Position numbers and translations under genes: made by a program. Shown one piece after another: positions 12,536 to 25,800 of a DNA stretch of 64,000 bases (its first letter is position 1; each line of letters opens with the position of its first letter). Origin of the DNA: Octopus sinensis. Lineage: Eukaryota. The notes beneath the pieces are model-generated. The model ran no database searches and was not told the origin of the DNA. It was given only the letters and a program-made list of their open reading frames with translations. The stretch lies in contig NC_043016.1 in the NCBI RefSeq assembly GCF_006345805.1, forward strand, positions 26,474,001-26,538,000, given 5' to 3'.

Positions 12536-12952
12536 TCCTTTAGCATTTAAACAAGCCATTATATCTGGCCCAAATGTTCTACGTGTTTTATGTTCAAACT
12601 GGCCAGATCCAGCCTCTCCCACTTACCCTACAATGTAATTCTGAAAATAAATGATCACATCTTCAAAATCTTGAAGCTACAAGATAATACGTGATTAATT
12701 TTTTTAGATGTGGATAAAGATAAGCATTACATTTTATAAATTAATCTGAATACTAAAAGGTTAAACTGGTCACATCAGGCCAAAATATTCTACCTGCTTT
12801 ATGTTAAAATCAGCCAGATCTAGTCTCTCACACCTACTCTACAATGTCTATCTAAAACTAAGCAATCACCTTATCAAATCTCAAAGCTACAAAATAATGC
12901 ATGATTAATTCAGGACAAATGAATGAGTAAGACTAATCTGAATGCTAAAGGG
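12536..12952. mobile_element. TTAA-flanked MITE with internal tandem duplication (two right ends)
   Basis: TTAA-tcctttagcatt ... aatactaaaagg-TTAA (12764) ... aatgctaaaggg-TTAA (12956). Related copies lie at ~27765-28141 and ~30540-30730. Confidence 0.75.
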
Positions 12953-13169
12953 TTAACAGTAGAGAAAATAATATTAACCTAGTCATTTTTCTTAGTCAAA
13001 ATTCAAGAGTTTAAATCCTATGGCTTTGTTTAGTACTGTTCACTATTCAAAGAACTAAGTATATCTGCCTAGCAGGATGACAGGCGCAAAAACAAAAAGA
13101 ATAACAGGACACTGACACTCAGTTCTGCCACATACAAAGAAGGCTTCTTTTATTACTTATTTTTTTTTA

Positions 13170-13520
13170 GTTGTTTCAGTCACTGGATGGAAGGTATGCT
13201 GGGGCACAGCCTTAAAAGGTTTTACATCTGGTACTTATTCTATCAGTTTCCTTTGCCAAACCACTAAGTTTCAGGAACGTAAACAAACCATCACCTGTAG
13301 TTATATGGTGGACAGGGAAGAACAAACAGATACACACATGCACAAACACACACACATGCAAACACACACATACACACACACACACAACAGGCATCCACAC
13401 TGTTTCTGATTATGAAGTCCACTCACAAGAAGCCATTGGCTTCTACTAAAGTAGAAGACAATAGTCCCAGGTGCTACACTGTGGGACTGAACTTCAAATC
13501 ACACGGTTACAAAGTGAACA
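13170..13520 (-). mobile_element. SINE family B, diverged
   Basis: Reverse-complement family B tail, (CA)n tract and core. Confidence 0.7.
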
Positions 13521-13874
13521 GTTGCTTTTTGGGGTTTTTTTCTCTGGAGGAAGTAGTGGTTTGATCTGGAGGAAAAGGCAGTGCCCATTCTATTTGCAGG
13601 CCTTCTGAGACTGGTGAAACTGATGCTGTTTATGTTCCACTTGAACTGTTACAAATCAAAATATGAGCAGAGAGATAATTTCTGAGGATAACATTCTGAG
13701 GGAGCCAAGACTGAGATTTGTAGTTAGCATGGAGTCAGGATACAATACTGATGATGAGAGGAGGAGAAAGAAATGAGTTAGAAATGCCTGAGTGGGGGTG
13801 GCTATGAGATTAACCAGCACTGAAAAGCAGACACAACTATGGTTGTAATATGAAAAGTAGAGAGCAGAGAGAAG

Positions 13875-14695
13875 GTTGCAGGCTGGCAGATTCGTTAACA
13901 CACCAGACGAGTGTTTTGTGGAATTTCGTCTGTCTTTACATTCTGAGTTCAAATACTGCAGAGGTTGATTTTGCATTTCATCCTTTCAGGATCAATAAAA
14001 TAACTATCAGTTGAGCACTGGGGTTGATGTAATCAACTTAACCCTCTCCGCTGAAATTGCTGACATTGGGCCAAAATTTGAAAGTAATATGAAAAGTAGA
14101 GAGAATGAGCAGAACATATCTGAAAGAGCAGCTGAAGATAGTTGAGAATAAATTTGTGTCAACCAATTGAGTAGCCTTTATTTGGGAGTAAAGAAGAATG
14201 TCCAAGTTTGTAGTAGTGGTACCATTCCAAGATAGGAGAGCAGCACACTATTAAGGTCTCACCTGAGTTACATAGAGGTTCGATATTGCCAGGGTCAGTG
14301 AGCTGGCAGAATTGTTAGCATGCTGGGCGAAATGCTTAATGGTATTTCATCTGCCTATTATGTTCTGAGCTCAAATTCCGCCGAGGTCGACTTTACCTTT
14401 CATCCTTTTGGGGTTGATAAATTAAGTACCAGTTACGCACTGGGGTCGATGTAATCGACTTAATCCGTTTGTCTGTCCTTGTTTGTCCACTCTGTGTTTA
14501 GCCCCTTCTGGGTAGTAAAGAAATAGGTATTTCATCTGCCGTTACGTTCTGAGTTCAAATTCCGCTGAGGTCGACTTTGCCTTTCATCCTTTCAGGGCCA
14601 ATTAAATAAGTACCAGTTATGCACTGGAGGTTGATGTAATCAACTTAATCCCTCTGTCTGTCCTTGTTTAGCCCCCTGTGGGCAATAAAGAAAAA
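13875..14695 (+). mobile_element. Cluster of SINE family A copies (~13875-14075 and tandem ~14297-14695)
   Basis: Repeated gttctgagttcaaattccgc..gaggtcgactttgcctttcatcc blocks. Confidence 0.85.
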
Positions 14696-14829
14696 AATAT
14701 TGCCAGGGTCTGGCGTATTTTCTGACTCTGAAGAGGAAGGTTAGCATATCTTTATAATGTTGAGCATGTGTATCCACTCAGAGATATGCTGAGTGATAGT
14801 GATACTTAGTCAAGTGGGTTCTAATTGCA

Positions 14830-15330
14830 TGCTGTTCAGATTTAGCTATGGGAGGAGGCAGCAATATTTTCTTGATATGTGCAGCTGGAGAGAAGAGTAT
14901 TATGGCAACACTGGAGAACTGTTTTAGAAGTTTCTATACAGAAAGAGTGAAGTTTATTGGGAAAAGATGAGTTGATGCAGCCTCTTACACATAGATATAG
15001 AAGAGTGTGGAAGAGTGAGGAAGATGGGCTTTTATACATAGGGGCCGGTGAATGATGGTGTATCAGTGTTGAGGATGGTGATAGGGAATACATTTTGTTG
15101 CTTACCACATCACAGATGTCTAGGGAAATGAGAGATGGGAGTGGGTATGAGTGATAAGATGACTGAAGTGAGTGATGGATGGAGGAGGAAAAGAAGGCAA
15201 CAGATAGAATGATAAGAATGGTCTGATAGAATCTCCTCAGACACAGGTGAAGGACAGGCAGATGAGATGAGATGGTCAGGGATGTGAAGGCTGGCAGTGA
15301 AAAAAAGGGCACATATCTATAACCCCAACC
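14830..15330 (-). mobile_element. Old CR1/L2-like LINE 3' fragment (tentative)
   Basis: Degenerate minus-strand text resembles the C-terminal region of CR1/L2 ORF2. No intact motif is present. Confidence 0.3.
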
Positions 15331-15439
15331 TTATCACTGCCCTCAATGCTTCCTTTATCATAGGTGGTCTGGTCTTTTGCAGTGTATCAGCAATCAATAT
15401 AATTCTTTGTTACCTCAAAGAAATGCAGTACTTTCAGAT

Positions 15440-16010
15440 TAGTCTTTATTCCAAGTCTTCTTTGGCTCCCCTCTTCCACAAGTTCTACTAACTTTAAACA
15501 ATTGCCACTTCCTTAAGCAGAAAATCATCATCCATACACCTCACATACTCATACGTACACATCCTTCTCTTATGTACATCTGATTCATCTTATACCACCA
15601 TGATATCTCTCAGCTCAATTTATACTCTGGCATCCATACACACTGACATTATATGGCCATTGGACATATTTGCTTTATTTCTTTTTAAACTTTGCCAGTC
15701 TTCTGCATTCAAGATCTACATTTCACTACCATGCAGCATTACAGTTCAAATATATGTATCATACAATCTCTTCACACTGAAGGTGAAGACTTTTGCTGTC
15801 AGCAGAGTCTATAGTTCACTGAACTTTTTCAAATCTACTCTTATCCAAGCTACTATAATTCTGTTCCTGATCATTTGTGCTAAGATTCTCTACATAACCT
15901 TCAGAAGCTTGCTCAAACAACTCGATATCTCTGTAATTTCCCCTCTCTCAAGCATATCTTTTGCTCTTGCAGTAGTTTATAATGTTATTGCTACCCAAGT
16001 CATTAAGATT
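15440..16010 (-). mobile_element. RTE C-terminal ORF fragment
   Basis: KKFSEL*TLLTAKVFTFSVKRLYD..VMLHGSE and TCGRG.PKKTW-like motifs. Confidence 0.7.
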
Positions 16011-16014
16011 TCAT

Positions 16015-16945
16015 CATCATCATCATTGTTTAACGTCTGCTTTCCATGCTGGCATGGGTTGGACGATTTGACCGAGAACTGGCAAACCAGATGGCTACAC
16101 CAGGCTCCAATCTGATCTGGCAGAGTTTCTACAGCTGGATGCCCTTCCTAATGCCAATAACTCCGAGAGTGTAGTGGGTGCTTTTACGTGCCACTAGCAC
16201 GAGGGCCAGTCAAGCAGTACTGGCAATGGCCTTGCTCAAATGGTGTTTTTTACATGCCACCTGCACAGGAGCCAGTCCAGTGGCACTGCCAATGACCTCG
16301 CTCGCATATTTTTTCACGGCACAAGTACCAGTAAGGTGACGCTGGTAACGTCACACTTGAATAGTGCTATGCCACCGGCACAGAAGCCAGTTTGTTACTC
16401 TGGCAACAATCACACTTTGATGGTGCTCTTAGCACTCCACTAGCACGGATGCCAGTCATTGAATTTGATTTCAATTTCACTTGCATCAACAGGTCTTCGC
16501 AAGCAGAGTTTAGTGTCCCCAGAAGGAAAGGTATACATAAGTGGGCTAGTTACACCCCTGGCATAGGCCACGGTTATGGTCTCACTTGGCTTGCCGGGTC
16601 TTCTCAAGCACAGCATATTTCCAAAAGTCTCGGTCACTAGTCATTGCCTCGGTGAGGTCTAATGTTCGAAGGTCGTACTTCACCATCTCATCCCAGGTCT
16701 TCCTGGGTCTACCTCTTCCACAGGTTCCCTCAACCACTAGGATGTGGCACTTTTTTACACAGCTATCCTCATCCTTTCCAGCCACGTGACCATACCAGCA
16801 CAGTCATCTCTCTTGCACACCACATCTGATGCTTCTTAGGTCCAACTTTTCTCTCAAGGTATTTACACTGCTGAGTATGCACACTGGCATTACACATCCA
16901 GCGGAGCATACTAGCTTCATTCCTTGCAAGCTTACGCATTCTTTT
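16015..16945 (-). mobile_element. RTE 3' end: ORF C-terminus, ~560-bp 3' UTR and (GAT)n tail
   Basis: VEGTCGRGRPRKTWDEMVKYDL...EKTRQAK* is contiguous with the repeat-containing UTR and the tail gacgttaaacaatgatgatg. Confidence 0.9.
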
Positions 16946-16949
16946 CTAC

Positions 16950-17330
16950 TCTAGGCACAAGGCCCGAGATTTTGGGGGAGGGAGCATTTGATTAGATCGA
17001 CCCGAGTATGCAAGTGGTACTTAATTTATCAACTCCGAAAGGATGAAAGGCAGTCAACCTCAGTGGAATTTCAGCTCAGAATGTAAAGACAGACGAAATA
17101 CCTATTTCTTTACAACCCACAAGGGGCACAGAGAGGACAAATAAGGACAGACAAACAGATTAAGTTGATTATATCGACCCCAGTGCGTAACTGGTACTTA
17201 TTTAATCGACCCTGAAAAGATGAAAGGCAAAGTCGACCTTGGCGGAATTTGAACTCAGAACATAGCAGCAGACGAAATACCGCTAAGCATTTCCCCCAGC
17301 GTGCTAATGTTTCTGCCAGCTCACCACCTA
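16950..17330 (-). mobile_element. SINE family A, two tandem copies
   Basis: Reverse-complement family A body twice, with the head at ~17330. Confidence 0.85.
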
Positions 17331-17349
17331 TTTTACTTGATTAACTATT

Positions 17350-17760
17350 CAGATGGTTAACAGGTAACCTACTTTGCCAGATACATTGAGCATCCCAGTG
17401 AATGTACCCAATGGACCAGCAGCTTTCCCTGCCTTCATTGCTCTATTAATCTATCTATTATACTGGTTTCATCTTGAATTGCCAATGCCTCTAAAGGCTC
17501 AGCACAAGGAACACCCTCTTTTTCATACATTCTTCACATTCAACATCGTATATTTTGCACTTCCATGCTTGTAATGCATAGTTTTTGTCATCAGACAAGT
17601 GTACCTGTCTCCATCATTAAAAATTCACTTCTCTCTCTACCTTTTCTACCTCTACTACAACAAAGACTATACCTTGCAATTATTATATCATACATATCAT
17701 GTCATAAAGCATGCTTTAGTAAAGCATTTGCAGTTTCTGTCCAGTTTTTTTTTTTTTCAT
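17350..17760 (-). mobile_element. RTE RT N-terminal fragment
   Basis: AIKAGKAAGPLGTFTGMLNVSGKVG on the minus strand. Confidence 0.6.
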
Positions 17761-18117
17761 ATATTCCAAAATAAATAATATTAAGGAATAAGTGTCAAAT
17801 AAAGGCATGGCTATGTGGTAACAAGCTTGCTTCCCAACCACATGGTTCCAGGTTCAGTCCCACTAATAGGCACCTTGGGCAAATGTCTTCTACTATAGGA
17901 CCCACCAAACACTTGCAAGTGAATTTGGTAGATGAAAACTGAAAGAAATCTGTTGTATTCGAATATGGTCATTGCAGTGCTACCTGACTGGCCCTTGTGC
18001 CAGTGGGATGTAAAAATCACCTACTACACTCTCAGAGTGGTGAAGATGTAGTGGGTGCTTTTTACATGCCACTAGCAACAACCACATTCGAATGGTACTT
18101 TTTACGTTGTATGTATG

Positions 18118-18157
<40 letters not shown>

Positions 18158-18164
18158 TCATCAT

Positions 18165-18855
18165 CATCATTATCGTCATTTAACGTCTGCTTTCCATGCT
18201 GGCATGGTTTGGACAGTTTGATTGAGGGCTGGCAAGCCAGAAGGCTGCAACAGGCTCCTATCTGATCTGGCAAGGTTTCTACAGCTGGATGCCCTTCTTA
18301 ATGCCAACCACTCCGAGAATGTAGTGGGTGCTTTTTACATGCCACTGGCAACAGCCAGGTTGAAATGGTGCTTTTTATGTGCCACCAGCATGGGACCAGT
18401 CAGACAGCACTGACATCAACCACACTTGAATGGTGCTTTTTACGTGCCACTGGTATGGGTGCTAGTCAGGCTGTACTGGCATCAGCTACAACAATGACTT
18501 CACTTAACTCAACAGGTCTTTGCAAGCACAGTTTATAGCCCAATGATTGAAGGGTACTCTTAAATGGGTCGGTTATGGGCTCACTTGGCTTGCCGGGTCT
18601 TCTCAAGTAAAACATATCTCCAAAGGTCTCGGTTGCTCATCATCGCCTCTGTGAAGCCCAATGTTTGAAAGTTGTGCTTTACCACCTCATCCCAAGTTTT
18701 CCTAGATCTACCTCTTCCACAGGTTCCCTCTACTGCTAGGGTGTGACACTTTTTCACACAGCTGTCCTCATCCATATGCAACACATGACCATACCAGTGC
18801 AGTCGTCTCTCTTGCACACCACATCAGATGCTTCTTATGTCCAACTTTTCTCTCG
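18165..18855 (-). mobile_element. RTE 3' end (second copy)
   Basis: MQERRLHWYGHVLHMDEDSCVKKC..EGTCGRGRSRKTW..EKTRQAK* plus the UTR and (GAT)n tail. Confidence 0.9.
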
Positions 18856-19269
18856 TATATATATATATATATATGTTTGTGTCTGTGTTTGTCTTCCCAC
18901 CACTTGACAACTGATGTTGGTGTGTTAATATCCCCATAACTTAGTGGTTCAGCAAAAGACACCAATAGAATAAGTACTAGGCTTACAAAGAATAAGTCCT
19001 GAGGTTGATTTCTTTGACTAAAACCCCTTAAAGCAGGGCTCCAGCATGGACTCAGTCTAATGACTGAAACAAGTGAAAGATAAAAGATAAAAATAGCTCA
19101 ATATCTATCATTTTTATGTCCCTCGCCCATCAAACACTCACAAACACACACACATATATATATATCTCCAGATATACACTACTCAACAAACTGATTGTAT
19201 ATGTGTGCATGCATCTTTCGAAGTCCTGGTTCATTTTTCTCATTAATATTATTATTATTATTATTATTA

Positions 19270-19680
19270 AGGTAAAGAGTTGGCAAAATTGTTAATACAT
19301 CAGACAAAAGGCTCAGCAGTAGTTTGTCTATCTTTATGTTCTAAGTTCAAATTCCACTAAGGTAGACTTTACCTTTCATCCCTTTCAGGGTCAATGAAAT
19401 AAGTACTAGTCATATACTGGAATCGATGTGTCTACAGTAGAAAGGATTATTATTGTTAGTAAAGCAGTGAGCTGGCAGAATTTATAGTAGCTGGACAAAA
19501 TGCTTAATGGCATTTTGGCTGTCTTTATTTTCGGAATCCAAATTCCACTGAGGTCAACTTTGCCTTTCATCCTTTCAAGGTCAATAAAAGAAGTACTAGT
19601 TGAGCACTGGGGTTGATGTAATTGTCTAGCTCCCTCTCCAAAATTACAGGCCTCGTGCCTATAGTAGAAAATAATATTAT
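19270..19680 (+). mobile_element. SINE family A, two tandem copies with (TAT)n spacers
   Basis: Family A head and body twice. Confidence 0.8.
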
Positions 19681-19709
19681 AGTGATATAGGGATATAATA
19701 TTATAGTTT

Positions 19710-21590
19710 GGTATCTGCTTGGTCGTCAAATTAAACAGCCACCTCTTGGAACCTTTCGGCATTGAATACTCAGTTTGCCAAGGATGTCCTCTCTCTCCCT
19801 ACTTTTATATGTTTTAGCTTTATAACCCTTGTTGCAAAGGCTGGAGAATTTGAGGGGTATCCTGCTGGAACTAGGCCACAGGTGAGCTGTGTCTGCATAC
19901 ATGGACAACATAACTGTCATGGTATCAGACTCTTCAGATATAGAAACAATCAACAATCTACTGAAAGAATGTCAGGAATGTACAGGAGCACCCACAAACC
20001 AGGACAAACCAGTAGGTCTGCAATCAGGCTCTTGGAGAGGCAAGTCCATATGATTAGCAGTGATTTCTGTGACTGGACAGAGGGTGTGGTGAAAGTGCTT
20101 GGAATCTGGTTCAAACCAGATCTCCAGGTAGATATGAAATGGGAAGAAGTCATGACCAAGGTGACCAAGCTCACCCAGAAATGGGCAGAAAGGAAGCTGT
20201 CTCTGAAAGGTCAGGGTGGAAGGAGCGAATGCATATATTGCCTTGATAGTATACTACAAGGCAATATAGGTATTCATCACTACTTCCACCTAGCCATTGT
20301 ACCTTGTCCCAAGAAAACTTTGACCAGAGAGGAGTGCTTGCATTTTTTAATTCTTATAGAAGGGTCAGGCTCTGCTAATCAGAAAATCCATCAGCTGTCA
20401 ACACCTACACTAAGGTGATCTTATGATGCCATCTTTGATGATGAGGCATCATGCATTGAAGCTGACACATCTACATAAATGTCAAAATCACTGTGATTGT
20501 GTGAACAACAGTGACAAAAATAAGGGTGAACTGGTGAGAGCACCCTTCGTACCACTCATCTCATTAATAGAGCTGCAGTCATTGGTCAAACACAGACCAA
20601 GGTTGGACGTTTGGTATCTAGAATGTTGCTAGGCACTCGCTGCAATGTACCAGCTGGACAAAACTGTTAGCAAGAAAACAACTCAAGAATTCTATAGGAG
20701 GCTGGTCGAGGGTATAAGTAACAATGGTCTAGGATTGACTCTGGGCACCGATGAGAAAAGTCTGAGTAGTCTCTTCCAGAGGACCTTGGAGTCGAAGATC
20801 ATGGACAATTTCCAAAAGTCTTTGGCATTGCCTGTTTGAGACAAGCTCTTCAGGCATGGAAGAGCCAACAGCCACATCTGCTCGAGATGTATGCAAGGAG
20901 ACAAAACCGTCCTGCATGCAATCATTCATTGTCAATGCATTAGAGAGTTGTGGGCTTGTGTAGGGCAGCTGCAGTCTTGTGCAAGACGAATTCAGGTGTC
21001 TGCTGAGTCTATAGCGAAGATCAACACATCAGCTTTCTTTAGCAGAGAAGGAAGGCAGATCTTTCTCTGCTCAGTGGCTGTGGCAAAAGAGGCCATGTGG
21101 TGAACTGATCTGAAAGGTTTCAAGACATGCACTTACCTATCTTGCCAAGCCCTCATCAATTTCTTCAATGAGGGCAGAGAGGGAAGTGCTGCATTCTAAT
21201 GTGGTTATCAAAAGCGAACGAGTGTGGCAAGACTAATGAGACAGAATGGATCAGAAAGTGGCAAGACTAGTGAGACTGAACAGATCAACTGAGTATGCTT
21301 TTCTAAGCACGAGGTAAAAAGTAGGAAGAGGGCACTTTCTCATGCCTTGGGGATAGCAGACTAGAATTTTTGCATGGGATCTATCCTGAATCATCCTAAA
21401 TGGACTGGCCTGCTATTGGGGATTCTAATTATTTATTTCTCTAATTTCTACTACATATCCTTTGTTATATCTTTTAATGAGGTAGTGTCTCCCTTTGATC
21501 AAGGCAAACCCCACTTGTTTTTGTGTGTTGTAACTCATCCTTTGATATTGTCCTCTATGTCTTAGGGCCTTGTGGCCAGTAAAAGAAATC
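19710..21590 (+). mobile_element. Tx1/L1-like LINE, 5'-truncated and degenerate (RT to CCHC and 3' UTR)
   Basis: VCQGCPLSP, VSAYMDNITV (YADD equivalent), KVLGIWF..W..V..KV.KL.QKWAERKLSLKG, and the zinc knuckle CSRC..GDKTVLHAIIHC. Confidence 0.85.
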
Positions 21591-21614
21591 AATATCATTA
21601 TTATTATTATTATT

Positions 21615-21830
21615 ATTGCAACGAGCTGGCAGAATCATTAGCACACAGGGCAGAATGCTTAGTGGTATTTTGTCTGTTTTCACGTTCGGAGTTCAAACTC
21701 CATCTTAGTCGACTTTCCTTCCCATCCTTTTAGGGTCGATAAAATAAGTACCAGTTGAGCATTTGGATTGATGTAATCGACTTACCCCTCCCCTGAAATT
21801 GCTGGCCTTGTACCAAAATTATTATTACTA
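21615..21830 (+). mobile_element. SINE family A
   Basis: Family A head and body. Confidence 0.8.
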
Positions 21831-23299
21831 TTATCGATAAATGGTAGTATGTGTATTTGAACCATGGTAATTGATTGTAGAAAGCAGAATACTCCTTTTA
21901 AGACTGACTGTTTTAAATCAGCTTGTAAATATAAATATATATCACCGAACTGAATAACAGAATTGATTGATGAACAAGAACTCCGAGAAAAACATATGGA
22001 TAACGGGATGGTCATGCTAATTTACCAGCCTCTCCTGGGCCTTAATTAGTGAAAAGAGGTTTACACTAGGAAGTAGGTTGTGTGGGTGGATGGATTGGTC
22101 TACTAAAATAATTTATTTTGTCTATTATTGTGAGAATACATATAGTTGATGTTTAATTCAGACTTAAGCTGAGTCAATATCAAAATATCTACGCGAATTA
22201 AATTTAGAAAAGTTATTTTTCATGTCCAAACAAACTACACCGAGATAGGTGTATAGGCGCGCGCGCGCGTATTCAGTTATAATAAAAACAATTTTACATT
22301 AAATCTGATGGGTTACTATGTACTTTTATAAAGTAGAAAACGACGATAGATTAGCGAACCGAAACTTCGAAGTCGCTGTCAACAACTTTCTTGTTTAACA
22401 ATAATAAATATATATATATGTGTGGGTGTGTGTAGTTAATAAATCGTTTTTATATGATTAGAATTAATATACTATTGCAGATATTATTTCTTAATAATCC
22501 AATAATAAACAGATACCAATTAAAAATATATATCTAAATTATTAGATGTTTGATATTATATTTATAAATAATACGGAAATATTTTTGTTTTCCCTATAGC
22601 AGCGATATTGATTTATTAACCACAAGGACAACAAAAAGCTTTGAATGTATTATAAACAAAACAAAATGCCGAAGTGTAAAGGTTGTGATGAAAACGTAAC
22701 AATAATATTAACAAGGAAATTAAAATGAGAACGAAGACAAGAGTTACGAGACGAGAATTAATTAGTTGTTTTCCAAGCAATTTATTCAATTAATTTTTTT
22801 TTTTACTCCCTTGAGATTAATATAACTAAACACTATTGGGGGGAAAAAATTTTAATAAAATCAAGGTTTGATTTAAGGTGGGTTTAGCAGAATAACAATA
22901 ATTATATTGTGTAAGATTGTATACGATTTAGCATTGTCGAAGTATTTGAAATAGTTTGCGAATGTTACACCAGCAGAACGTACTGTTTGATTGATGTTGC
23001 CAATAATTGTAATGGTTAATATAATTTTTGCTAATAACAATAAGTACAGTAGTGTTAATATAAAAATTACAGTGTTGCTTTTAGTTACGCAATATATATC
23101 AGCAGCATCTCAATATTATATATACACACATATAATACATTATTATGCTATTATAATTATTACTACGTCTACAGTAATTAAGTTTTACAGTTAGATAAAA
23201 AAAAAAACCCTCTTATTTGTAAGCTATACATTATTATGTAGCATCGCCTAATTTACTGTTGTTACTGATGTTAAATAAACAGTAGAAAAACAAACATAC

Positions 23300-23455
23300 C
23301 ATTGCGAATCCTGATAAAAGTGCTGATGTACGACTTGAGGCTTTCAATTTAGCTCGACCGAGATACAGCTTTCTCCACGATAAAACACTGGCCGTGGTTT
23401 CATTTGTCATCGGTGGAAGCTGGATTTTAGGTATACTATTCGGTTGGGAATTCAT
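23300..23455 (-). CDS. Orai: Orai coding exon 1 (52 aa, N-terminus, ETON region and start of TM1)
   Basis: MNSQ...[29 protein letters not shown] is followed by donor GTATGT (23299-23294). Phase-0 splicing to exon 2 rebuilds SGFAM|VAMVE, giving 220 aa. The start ATG is the ORF-track ATG; upstream non-coding exons are not excluded. Confidence 0.95.
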
Positions 23456-25084
23456 TGTCGAAAATAAATTTGATTTCGAAGGTTAAGATATCGAATACAG
23501 GAATCAGAGAAACAGGACACAAATTACAGAAAATAAAACAAGATAACAGGCGGATGCTACTCAGTGGTGGGGTGGGAGAGTGGAGTGGCTATTCACTTTG
23601 GCTAACTGACTGCTGGCTGTATTTTTAGACGTAAGATGTTTTATAGTTTCGAAAACAAACCCTCGAAAAAATTCTTCTTTAAATAAACAAAAGAGAAAAA
23701 TTGTCAAATTTATAATCAAGATGTGTGTCATAAACGGTGAAGCTTCCTGTAAAATACGGTGATGACACAACACTTGTATACGTTGAATAAAACTGCTGAA
23801 GTCTATGGTTACAGAGGGTGAAATTGATAAGTTCGAAGCAATAGATCTATATCCTGTTAGCTGCGATGATTTCCGAGTTCGTAAATAATCGACATATAAA
23901 CTCTCGCTACCTCACAGCCCATTTAACTTTTGAAGTTTCGCTTTTATTGTTGTTCTTGTTGATTTTTTTAAAAACTCTGATCGAATCAATATAATTGAAC
24001 CTTTTCATTTTTAGTTATCTCATCTTATATATCACTCCATTTTTTCGACATATCCTACTCTACTTAGGACTGTAGATGTGATTTTTTTAAAAGTAGATTT
24101 GGCTGCTGTTTCTTGCAGCTGGAGCGATTACGTTGAGGCTTAGCAGCACTGAAATCAACAGGGAAAAACCATTCCAATGTACAGCTGCAGAGCAGCGCCA
24201 GCTAATAATTTTATCCCCCACTGCACAGACACCTGCTTCTTAACATAGGTTTACATGTAATTGCTAATGCATAAGGACGTGAAACCAAAATCATAGAATA
24301 ACGGGAAATATTACAAACAGAAACGTCGTTAAAATTTTTCTGATTAAAACGTATAGTATTGCTTAAAATATATACATTTAATAATATTTATTAATTATAA
24401 AATTAAAGTAATATGCACACTTGAAACAGCATTAGATTAAAAAACTGGTACGTATAAAATTTATAATGTGTCTACAAACGTAGAACTGCAGCGCTTGTAA
24501 TATTTTGTTACAAACTTTTTAAAGAGACTTGCGTAAAACACATAATTTCTTTTAGAATGCGGACAAATAAAATGCATTCTAAAAAAAGGATAACATTGAT
24601 TGATCCAATACACTAATGGTTCCATCAGACTGTTTTTGTATAAGCAATGAATCAAAAAACCCAGTATAAAGCTCACAAAAACCGGTTATCTGAAAGACTG
24701 TACACAGCCCATAACTTTGTCTTGCTAATTTCCGTGAGATCCTATCATTGTATTTATATATGCAGGTTGTTGTTGTTGTTGTGGTGGTGGTGGTAGTGGG
24801 AGGAGGACGTTCACTTTGAACGAGAAAACAATTTCTGATTTACACTCTGGAGTCGATAAAATAAAGTGTCAGTCAAGTGCAAGAGTCGAAATAAAATGAC
24901 TGACCCATTCTCCCTCCCTATTTCAGGTCTTATTCCTATTTTAAAAAAAAAAAAGTTATAAGTAGGTAGCCCATACGCAAAGTCCTGCAGAGACACATTC
25001 AGGTAGAACATGTTAAGCATGATGTTCAATTAAAGTTCATTTTTATGTTGCAATTTTGAAATTTTTTGCTTAAAAGCTTGATTG

Positions 25085-25800
25085 CTTCCCCATTGGACAC
25101 TGCCCTGATACAAAGAGTTGATCTGCAAACAAAATTCTCAGGGCTGATGTGCTGCCTGTGACCAACGTTAGCAGTCTACTCTATTTGGATGAGCTCCACA
25201 TCTCCATTGCACTCAGAGTGAGAGCTGACGTCTGTGGAGGACTAAGATGTTGCTGTGGTAGGGTTCTCAACTCCACAGGTCTTCATGGTTTGTCTTGCCA
25301 CCTAAATGCAGGTTGTTTTACTCGTTGCACTGACCTAAACCTGATCTTTGAGCAGACCCTGGCTTGGGTAAGTATCCCCTCAGTTATGGAGCCAGCAGGA
25401 TTATACAGGTGTGATGGGAAGAGACTAGATGGTCTTACCTTCTTCCCTGAGATAAAAAGCAGGTGCTTCAACTGGGATGCCACTGCCAGTGATTCCTTTG
25501 CTCCCTCCCAAATCCTGGATGCTGTGGTAAATGGAAGGGTCACTGCCTGCGTAGATTTATGGAACAAAATCCTTAAGTATTGGGACTCATCAGGGAACCA
25601 TTTCTTCCATCCTGTGGTGTTTGAGATGTTTGGAGGAGCTGGGATGCTGGCAGCAAAGTTTTTGTCATCATTAGCAGCTCACCTTACCAATGTGTCTGGT
25701 GATACCTATGAGGGTGCTTGGCCGTTCCAATGCCTTAGCTTCACCACCACCCATGATAATGCTGCAAGCATGTTGGCTTGCTACATTAGGTTCCATTAAG
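25085..25800 (+). mobile_element. CRE-clade-like non-LTR retrotransposon C-terminus (Cys/His motif plus restriction-like endonuclease)
   Basis: ORF 25149-25799: IALRV..C..CCCG..LNSTGLHGLSC, EPAGLYRCDGKRLDGLT, WDATASD, KY..F.PVVFE.FG, FQCLS...NAASM. Confidence 0.8.

Larger units (their letters stand above)
1148..23299 (-). other. Orai: Orai intron (22,152 bp, GT-AG, phase 0), filled with TEs
   Basis: Canonical donor and acceptor join the two Orai exons in frame. No additional Orai-like exon was seen inside. Confidence 0.92.
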
